Source of the DNA: Candidatus Methylomirabilota bacterium
Lineage (GTDB): Bacteria; Methylomirabilota; Methylomirabilia; Rokubacteriales; CSP1-6
Direction: 5' to 3'
NCBI GenBank assembly: GCA_046726415.1
Contig: JBKPAK010000199.1
Span: 1 to 14,330, forward strand
Length of the DNA stretch: 14,330 nucleotides
Under the pieces are notes generated by a model. It was given only the letters and a program-made list of their open reading frames with translations. It searched no databases and was not told where the DNA came from. Shown piece after piece: positions 7,942 to 14,330 of this stretch (its first letter is position 1; every line of letters begins with the position of its first letter). The translations under genes were made by a program, and so were the position numbers.

Positions 7942-8230
7942 AGCGCGACGCTCTCTGGTTCGCACTCCTGCTGCTCCTGCTGGTGGCCCATACCGCGTCA
8001 GCGGCCCCGACGACGGCGGTCCTTACGGTGGAGGGCATGGCCTGAGGCACCTGACCGGTAGCGGTCAAGCGGGCCCTGGAAGGGCTCAAGGGCGTGAGCG
8101 GGGCGGCGGTGAGCCTCGGCAGAAGGAAGCACGGGTGACGTTCGACTCGGCACAGGTCACCGTGGACGACCTGATCGCCGCGGTCAATGGTCTGGGGTTC
8201 CGCGCGTCGGTCAAGCGCCAGGAACAGTAG
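7938..8230 (+). CDS. Secreted MerP/CopZ-like HMA-domain protein, predicted double selenoprotein (GMA-U-GT-U), with a 1-nt deletion at about 8118
   Basis: Signal peptide MKRDALWFALLLLLLVAHTASA, then LTVEGMA-TGA(8043)-GT-TGA(8052)-PVAVKRALEGLKGV, and after the shift QKEARVTFDSAQVTVDDLIAAVNGLGFRASV. ATGA overlap with the merT stop. Confidence 0.82.
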
Positions 8231-8422
8231 ACAGCCGCATACTGGCTGCGGGCCCTCTGCCAGTCTAGACGGCTACGACCAATCCGTCACCCGCGCACTC
8301 TTGCGGCACCGCACCGACAGGCGCGAGCCTTCGGAGGAATAGCGCGGGCGCGGAGGGTAGATCCCTGGACGACTGGATCAGCATCGGGATGGTTCCCGAT
8401 CTGGCGGGTTCTCGGGCTCGAC

Positions 8423-8451
8423 TTGACTACCGTTCCATAATTTCATACTCT
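8423..8451 (+). promoter_or_regulatory. Promoter of the arsR operon, probably a leaderless transcript
   Basis: TTGACT (8423-8428), 17 bp spacer, TACTCT (8446-8451), 7 nt before ATG 8459; AT-rich patch and no RBS. Confidence 0.6.
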
Positions 8452-8458
8452 TCGAAGC

Positions 8459-8767
8459 ATGAAGACGATCGCACGTCTGCCGCTCGGGCAGTTGGCCGCC
8501 AACGACAACCACGTCGAGGCCTTCAAAGCGCTCGCGCATCTCAGCCGCCTTCAGATCTTCTTCGTCCTTGTGAAGGTGGGACGAGAGATGTCAGTCGGAG
8601 AGATCCAGGAAGCCGTCGAGATCCCTGGAGCCACCCTGTCCCATCACCTCGATCTCCTGCGACGGGCCGGGCTCGTCGAGAGCCGGAAGGAAGAGCGGCA
8701 CATCTACTACTCGGTGCAGCGGGAGCGAGTCACCACCCTGGTGCGTTTGCTCACCGCGTGCTGCTAA
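8459..8767 (+). CDS. arsR: ArsR/SmtB-family repressor with C-terminal vicinal Cys pair
   Basis: FKALAHLSRLQIF, ATLSHHLDLLRRAGLV and terminal LTACC (C-terminal As(III)-site type); first gene of an ars cluster. Confidence 0.85.
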   Translation: MKTIARLPLGQLAANDNHVEAFKALAHLSRLQIFFVLVKVGREMSVGEIQEAVEIPGATLSHHLDLLRRAGLVESRKEERHIYYSVQRERVTTLVRLLTACC

Positions 8768-8776
8768 GGAGGAGCC

Positions 8777-9235
8777 ATGAGCGCAAAGGTCCATCTCCAC
8801 ATGCACGTGTCGGACCTCGCCAAGAGCCGTGAGTTCTACGAGCAGTTTCTCGGTGGTGACCCGGTCAAGGTGAAGCAAGGCTACGTGAAGTTCTTGCCCG
8901 AATGGGCGCCGGTCAACCTCGCCCTTTCTGCGGGCGGCCACATCGGCGCCGGCACGATTGACCATGTCGGGGTCCAGGTCGACTCCGTCGAGACCGTCCT
9001 GGCACAACTGGCGCGGGTCAAGGCCGCGGGACTCGCCGTGACCGAAGAGATGGGCGTCAACTGCTGCCACGCCAACCAGGACAAGTTCTGGGTGAAGGAC
9101 CCCGACGGTGTCGAGTGGGAGGTGTATCACCTCAACTACGACCTCGAGGGCGACGACGCTGAGGCGGAAGTGCGACCGAGCGGGCTGGCGATGGTCGCGG
9201 CGACCGCATGCTGTGGGGGCACCAGCTGCAAGTAA
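8777..9235 (+). CDS. arsI: ArsI/CadI-family VOC metalloenzyme (putative C-As lyase)
   Basis: KVHLHMHVSDL, GYVKF, DHVGVQV, NCCHANQDKFWVKDPDGVEWEVY, Cys-rich tail; RBS AAGGAGGAG. Confidence 0.85.
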   Translation: MSAKVHLHMHVSDLAKSREFYEQFLGGDPVKVKQGYVKFLPEWAPVNLALSAGGHIGAGTIDHVGVQVDSVETVLAQLARVKAAGLAVTEEMGVNCCHANQDKFWVKDPDGVEWEVYHLNYDLEGDDAEAEVRPSGLAMVAATACCGGTSCK

Positions 9236-9246
9236 CGAAGTCTCAC

Positions 9247-9279
9247 GGGGCGGCGCGGGTGAGGAGCCCGCGCCGCTTC
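9247..9279 (+). terminator. Hairpin after arsI
   Basis: GCGGCGCGGG (9250-9259) / CCCGCGCCGC (9267-9276), extendable by G-T pairs; weak U-tract. Confidence 0.45.
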
Positions 9280-9306
9280 ACTGGCAATCCGATCGCACTG
9301 GCAGCT

Positions 9307-9729
9307 GAGTTCCTGACGGGCGAAATCGAGGCTACCCCGCGGCCGAACAACTCGGTGGACGTGACCATTTTCCAACTGCGTCATCAACCTGTCTGCCGAC
9401 AAAGACCGCGTGTTCGCCGAGTCGTTCCGAGGGCTCAGACCAGATGGCCGATTCGCTGTTTCGGATGTCGTCGTCCGGGGCGAGGTGCCCGCGACGATCC
9501 GCCGTAGCGTCGAGCCGTGGATCAGATGCGCAGCCGGCGCGCTGGAGCAGTCGGAGTACCGCGAGAAATTGGCGAAGGGCGGATTCGAGGCTGTCGAGAT
9601 CGAGCCAACTCGGATCTACCGCACGGAGGATGCGCAAGAGTTCCTGGATCGCGAGGGTATCGAAGCGACCGCCATCGCGCCGGCCGTGGACGGGAACTTC
9701 AGAGCGTGTTCGTACGGGCACGCAAGCCG
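9307..9729 (+). pseudogene. arsM: Arsenite methyltransferase C-terminal fragment
   Basis: EFLTGEIEA..P.NSVDV / SNCVINLSADKDRV..E.FR.LRP.GRFAVSDVV...W..C.AGAL...IEPTRIY / SVFVRARKP. The N-terminus is missing and there are frameshifts near 9368 and 9701. Confidence 0.85.
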
Positions 9730-9926
9730 CGCAGCGGGCGACGAGGGAGCCGACGAGCACCGAGCTGGATTCGTTCGCGCTTCTCATCGCCCCAGGCGCT
9801 GGATGTGGGACTACGGCTACCCGTGGTCGGCCGGTACGTCGACGGATCGCTTGGCCCCATCATTCTGGGCGGCCGGTGTGCTGGGCCTAGGTCCGTGCGT
9901 TGCAGGGTCGCTAGGGTTTAGACGCC

Positions 9927-10472
9927 GTGACCGACCACGGTGTCGTTGTCCTCGGCATCCCGATCCCATCCTCCTCACCGATTTTCCTCAGCATTGTAGC
10001 GGGACATGTGGCTGCGGGACTCGTGTGCACCATCGCCGGGATCGCCGCGCGCTCCATGTGGAGCCCCAAACGCGCCGGTCGCCATCCGGCGGCTGGCGCC
10101 GTCTACTACTGGAGTCTCGTGGTGGTCTTCTTGTCTATGGCCGCCCTCTCTATCATGCGGTGGCCAGAGAACACGCACCTCTTCGCGCTCGGCATTCTGT
10201 TATTCGGCGCTGGAACGATCGGACGAACGGCGAGACGGCGGCTCTGGCACCCCTGGCTCCGACTGCACATCGCCGGCATGGGAATCTCATACATCCTGCT
10301 GCTCACCGCGTTCTACGTGGACAATGGACCGCACCTGCCGCTGTGGCGTTCGCTGCCGCCTCTGGCGCATTGGCTCCTGCCCAGCCTCGTCGGCGTTCCT
10401 CTTCTGGTCTGGGCACTGAGACGTCACTCGCTCACTCGGCAGTCCCGCGCGCTTCGACAACCCTCCGCGTGA
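9927..10472 (+). CDS. Multi-pass membrane protein, DUF2306-like
   Basis: HVAAG...KRAGRHP..G..YYW, HIAGMGISYILLLTAFYVDNG; several hydrophobic segments; GTG start. Confidence 0.65.
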   Translation: MTDHGVVVLGIPIPSSSPIFLSIVAGHVAAGLVCTIAGIAARSMWSPKRAGRHPAAGAVYYWSLVVVFLSMAALSIMRWPENTHLFALGILLFGAGTIGRTARRRLWHPWLRLHIAGMGISYILLLTAFYVDNGPHLPLWRSLPPLAHWLLPSLVGVPLLVWALRRHSLTRQSRALRQPSA

Positions 10473-10516
10473 AAACCGACGAGGGGGTGAAGGCTTCTGA
10501 CGAGCGAGACCGTGTT

Positions 10517-10687
10517 ATGCGATTGCTTCCGTTTCACTTCGGCTGGATGGTCCTCATAGCTGGGGGAATCGGAGCGTTTATGACCCTACCGGGCCAGACG
10601 ACCGGCGTCGCTGTATTCTTCGATCCGCTTGCCGCTGATCTCAACCTCACACGCACTCAGATCGCCCTGGCCTACACGGTCGGAACG
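10517..10687 (+). pseudogene. N-terminal fragment of an MFS transporter
   Basis: PFHFGWMVL...PGQTTGVAVFFDPLAADLNLTRTQIALAYTVGT; similarity then stops abruptly. Confidence 0.65.
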
Positions 10688-10937
10688 TTCGAGCGGAGAA
10701 GGCGGAGGCAGCCGCTCGCTTTGAGGCTCAGCAGGCTCAACTCGACGAGCTGCGGGCGCAGGTGCGCGCGCTCATCGGTGGAAGAGCGGCCATCAGAGAA
10801 TGAGCGACCGGTCGCTGCTCACCACGGCTCTGGTCGCTGCGCAGTTTCCGGAGAATGTTGCCCGAGTCGCGTGGCTCCACGCCTGGGCGGTCCGGGCCTA
10901 CGCGGCGCTGGAGGATCGTGTGAGGTATGACAGTCGG

Positions 10938-11630
10938 TCAGTCACCCGTCGGCGAGATGCGAAACTCCACGATCGCGGCCCGTTCCCGCAGCGTCTCGGC
11001 CAGGCGCCGCATGTTGTCCCAGTGGTTGGTGCGGATGATCATGCGGTACTCGAAGAAGCGCCCGTCGCCGCTCACGCGGTAGCTCATGTTGGCGATCGAG
11101 AACGAATGCGACGAGATCAGGTGTCGAACATCGACCTCGGACATCGTGTTGTCTCGCGCGAACTTCATGTGGTGGTGCGCGTAGATCTGGCTCGGCAAGG
11201 CCTGCTCAATCCATCGGAACGCGGACAGCGTGCCCAGGACCAGCAGGGTGCCCGCCGCGGCGGCCAGGTAGAAGCCGACCCCTGTAAGGATACCGATGGC
11301 CGCGGTGGTCCAGATCGAGGCCGCGGTGGTGAGTCCACGTACAGAGAGGCCTTCCTTGAAGATCACGCCGGCCCCGAGAAACCCGATGCCCGTCATGATG
11401 CCCTGGGCCATCCGCGTCGGATCGGTGCGCACCGTCTCCAGCGGTATCCCCGGCAGCCATTTCCACTGGTAGAGCGTGACGAGCATGAGGAGGCTGGACG
11501 CGACGCACACCAGCGTATGTGTCCTGAACCCGGCCGGGCGACCGTGGAAGCTGCGCTCGAGTCCGATGCAGCCTCCGGCGAGCGCGGCACTGAACAGATG
11601 ACCAAGGATTGGGCCAAGATCCCCCAGCAT
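10938..11630 (-). CDS. MgtC/SapB family protein
   Basis: IGLERSFHGRPAGFRTHTLV, DPTRMAQGIMTGIGFLGAGVI, GLTTAASIW and an ACT-like C-terminus; RBS AAGGGAG. Confidence 0.92.
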   Translation of the reverse strand: MLGDLGPILGHLFSAALAGGCIGLERSFHGRPAGFRTHTLVCVASSLLMLVTLYQWKWLPGIPLETVRTDPTRMAQGIMTGIGFLGAGVIFKEGLSVRGLTTAASIWTTAAIGILTGVGFYLAAAAGTLLVLGTLSAFRWIEQALPSQIYAHHHMKFARDNTMSEVDVRHLISSHSFSIANMSYRVSGDGRFFEYRMIIRTNHWDNMRRLAETLRERAAIVEFRISPTGD

Positions 11631-11908
11631 GCGCAGTCTCCCTTAGCCTCTGTGACCTTGACGCGGAGAATAGCAGAGCTGCACCTTTCGGAGGGGCGAA
11701 GCGCTCGGGCCGCGTCTCGGCTACCATCGCGGGCATCCCTGACCAACCAGAGCCGACGGCACCCGACAGCCCCGCTTCCGACCGAGACGCGCCCCAGTGG
11801 TTTCTTCCCGCCCTGGCGATCGCCTCACTCGGCGATGACGTTCCGGAGCGCCGCATGCTGACCGCCTGGCTCGATTCCTGGTCCGGCGCGCGTAAGGTGA
11901 TCGACGCG

Positions 11909-12685
11909 ATGAAGGTCAGCTTGCTCGCGTTCGCCCTAAGGGGATGCGTCACCTCACACCAAGTTGCGGTGACGCTCCCGAAGCCGGCGACGCTGATAGC
12001 GGAACTGTACACACCGAAAGGGCCGGGCCCTTTCCCCGCCCTCGTCCTCCTCCACGGCTGTGGCGGGGTCGGGTCAGTCATCGTCGCCTGGGCACAATGG
12101 CTCCGCGCCGAGGGCTACGCGGCGCTCATCCTCGACAGCTTCGGCGGCCGAGGCATCAGCCGCCTCTGCGGGGACTCGTCCCCGCTTCGCGGCCAACCGC
12201 GATCACCCGACGTTTACGCCGCCGCCACCTATCTGGCGACGCTACCCATGATCGACCGCAACCGTATCGGCGCGATGGGCTGGTCGCACGGCGGCTGGAC
12301 CGTGCTCTGGGCGGGCAACACCGAAGGACGGTATCCCGACGCCAAGCTTCGCGCCCTGATCGCCTTCTATCCCGTCTGCGTTGACCTCGTCGCATACGGC
12401 GGCGACACGCCGCTTCTCATGCTCCTCGGCGAACTCGATGACTGGACCCCACCCGAGGCATGCCAGACCGTGGCGCTCGGCGCCCGTCGGGCCGGTCGCG
12501 ACGTCGCCGACGTCCTCTATCCTGGCGCCCACCACGGGTTCGACGCAGCTCACCTGCCGAAGCCGGTTCGGATCGCGGATGCACGTGGCGGTCGTGGCGC
12601 GACGGTCGCCTACAGCCCGAGCGCTCACGCCGACGCGGAGAAGCGCGTGCGCGAGTTCCTAGCGCGGTATCTGAGACCGAATTGA
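11909..12685 (+). CDS. Dienelactone hydrolase family alpha/beta hydrolase
   Basis: GPFPALVLLHGCGG, GWSHGG nucleophile elbow, GELDDWTP, YPGAHHGFD. The likely start is ATG 11909, not 11609. Confidence 0.85.
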   Translation: MKVSLLAFALRGCVTSHQVAVTLPKPATLIAELYTPKGPGPFPALVLLHGCGGVGSVIVAWAQWLRAEGYAALILDSFGGRGISRLCGDSSPLRGQPRSPDVYAAATYLATLPMIDRNRIGAMGWSHGGWTVLWAGNTEGRYPDAKLRALIAFYPVCVDLVAYGGDTPLLMLLGELDDWTPPEACQTVALGARRAGRDVADVLYPGAHHGFDAAHLPKPVRIADARGGRGATVAYSPSAHADAEKRVREFLARYLRPN

Positions 12686-12797
12686 TGGGACATTTCTACC
12701 TCGCGAGGTCGCCGAGTACATCGGCGCGCGATCCGTGAGGGAAGAACACGCCCGGCGTCGTGGCCGAGATTCTGGCGGACGAAATGCGTCGAGGCCG

Positions 12798-13378
12798 ATG
12801 AAGTCTGATATCGACCACGAGGAATGTGAGGAGCTCCCGCTTTCACCGGCGGCAGAGTACCTCCTAGAGGAATGCCGGATGGTGCTGCCTGGGATCCAGG
12901 CGCTCTTCGGATTCCAGCTGATCGCGGTGTTCAATCAGGGATTTGGCGAGAAGCTCACCCTCGGGGAGCAGCGTCTCCACATCGTAGCGATCAGCATGGC
13001 CGTGGTGGCCAATCGCACTCATCATGACGCCTGCGGCACTGCACCGCAGACCGGCTCCGGAAAGTGAGCGCGACGTTTATCCGGGTGTCTAGTGCCCTGC
13101 GGCTGTCGAGCATGTTGCCGCTGGCGGTAAGTATTTGCACGGACGTCTACCTGATCGCACGCATCATTCTTGGCAGCATGACGGCCGCCGTGGTGGCCTC
13201 AGCGCTCCTCGCGTTCTTTATCATCCTGTGGTTTGTCGCTCCGGGTGTGCGAGGTCTTCAGAGGATCCTCGCTGCTGCCTCTCGAAGAGCTGTGGATCCT
13301 CCGCGCGTGGACGGCACTGCAGCAGGTGAATTGAGTGACCGCACCGAGCACCGGCGGAGCAACCGTGAGCGGCGGTGA
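12798..13378 (+). pseudogene. DUF6328-like membrane protein, multiply frameshifted
   Basis: LLEECRMVLPGIQALFGFQLIAVFN / IALIMTPAALHR / VSATFIRVSS...LWFVAP; frameshifts near 13011, 13047 and 13062. Confidence 0.65.
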
Positions 13379-13940
13379 CCCCGCTCTTGAGCTGGGTCGC
13401 CTCCGTGCCGAGCTCCGGCGTGCACGCAAGACGATCGCCGAGCTGAGGGAGGCCATGGGGTACCAGCGGCAGGAGATCGCGGCGCTCAGGGAACAGAACC
13501 GCGATCCGCATTCGATCAGGACGGACGACCTGCCAGACAACGCGATCGTGTGCGAGGCGCACCCGTGGCTGGTGTGGCCGCACCATCCCTGCGCGGGTCC
13601 AGGGATTCCCGTCGAGGAGCGCGCGACCCTGCACGAGACGGCCGGCCTCATCCCCGACGCGGACCTGGAGGCCTTCGTGCGCCTGCTGTTCGCCATGTGG
13701 GAGGGCGACATCAGCGCCGCCCAGGTCGCGGTGTTCGCGCTCCGACACTACGTGCCGGAGCCACCGCTCGACGACCGCGCGAATGACGCCTCGCCCTGTC
13801 TCGGCTGCCGACCTACCCTACGGGCCAGACCCGCTACCGCGTGGATTCGCCTCGACCTACTCACCCGTCGCGTAGTCGGTACACCGAGCCGAGGCGACGC
13901 ACTCGAGGGGCGATCCGGCGCAGCCAGCTCACCAAGCTGA
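13365..13940 (+). CDS. Hypothetical protein (coiled-coil plus Cys/His motif); 3' end uncertain
   Basis: GTG with a GGAG RBS, GC3-rich codons to about 13785, motif CEAHPWLVWPHHPCAGPG. The tail overlaps the opposing GlxA fragment. Confidence 0.45.
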   Translation: MSGGDPALELGRLRAELRRARKTIAELREAMGYQRQEIAALREQNRDPHSIRTDDLPDNAIVCEAHPWLVWPHHPCAGPGIPVEERATLHETAGLIPDADLEAFVRLLFAMWEGDISAAQVAVFALRHYVPEPPLDDRANDASPCLGCRPTLRARPATAWIRLDLLTRRVVGTPSRGDALEGRSGAASSPS

Positions 13941-14226
13941 CCACTCGGTGCCCGGCGAGCGCGATGCCGCCCGCTACCAACAGCGTGTCGATCCCGCCCC
14001 GCACTTGCGTGAACGAGCGGTGGACGACGAGCTCCAGTCCTGAGGAACTCGCCAGGGTGCCAGGGCGCGCCGCCAGAAGTTCTACCGTGTATGCCTGTTC
14101 AGGGCACCGACCTTGATCCGTAAGCCAGCGCGCGGTTCGGGCAAAGACCTCAAGCGGACCGGCGACGTCCAAGATCTGGACATCGGGATACACCACCATT
14201 GCGACTCTTCGCCTCTCCACCGGCAT
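13861..14226 (-). pseudogene. GlxA-family (DJ-1/PfpI + AraC) regulator or DJ-1/PfpI protein, N-terminal fragment
   Basis: RRVAMVVYPDVQILDVAGPLEVF...SSSGL...IDTLLVAGG...WLRR...RRLGSV; breaks at the SVCTG motif and no AraC domain follows. Confidence 0.75.
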
Positions 14227-14232
14227 GCCGCC

Positions 14233-14287
14233 AGGATGCCGTGGTGCGCGGGTGGCCGCAATGACAAAGAGCCCACCTTTTCTGCCA
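14233..14287 (-). promoter_or_regulatory. Putative promoter/operator of the GlxA-like gene
   Basis: Minus strand TTGCGG (14261-14256), 17 bp spacer, CATCCT (14238-14233), 6 nt before the ATG. It overlaps a TGGC...GCCA-bounded segment (14253-14287). Confidence 0.35.
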
Positions 14288-14330
14288 GCCGCACTCTACG
14301 ACGTGCTGTTTGTGGCGCTCCTCAATGAAC

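Noticed and set aside
9410-10930. 506-aa ORF
   Set aside because: Chance fusion of the arsM fragment, an off-frame read through the DUF2306-like gene, and the MFS fragment; not one protein.
10800-11861. 353-aa + strand ORF
   Set aside because: Mostly the antisense shadow of mgtC; only the first ~30 codons may be a relic.
11609-11908. 100-aa N-terminal extension of the dienelactone hydrolase
   Set aside because: Overlaps the mgtC start and its upstream region, and contains an unrelated fragment.
1-14330. Genome-wide UGA reassignment explaining the in-frame TGAs
   Set aside because: TGA is the normal stop of several intact genes here (speB, nfeD, SPFH, mgtC, hydrolase).

Overview
High-GC bacterial window with two halves. 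The repeat and protein style resembles Candidatus Rokubacteria/Methylomirabilota, but that is recollection and unverified. Positions 1-4824 hold intact core genes (SufU/IscU-like scaffold, sufS, agmatinase, nfeD, SPFH/slipin) ending at tRNA-Ala(CGC). Positions 4825-14330 look like a decaying tRNA-anchored metal/metalloid island: an integrase-like remnant, AioX/AioS-like fragments fused by deletion to a merR stub, a mer-like operon, arsR-arsI-arsM', mgtC, a dienelactone hydrolase and several fragments. The main finding is the operon behind a MerR-type promoter (6255-8230), which the ORF track splits or misses: merB-like lyase, a glutaredoxin with in-frame UGA in a UxxC motif, a tandem Zn-ribbon protein, merT, and a secreted MerP/HMA protein in which both metal-binding Cys codons are UGA (GMA-U-GT-U). 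SECIS-like hairpins follow the UGA sites, and another follows the catalytic Cys codon of the merB-like gene. This suggests a selenocysteine-based mercury/soft-metal handling system with no merA in the window. All family calls come from motif recognition by eye; no searches were run.
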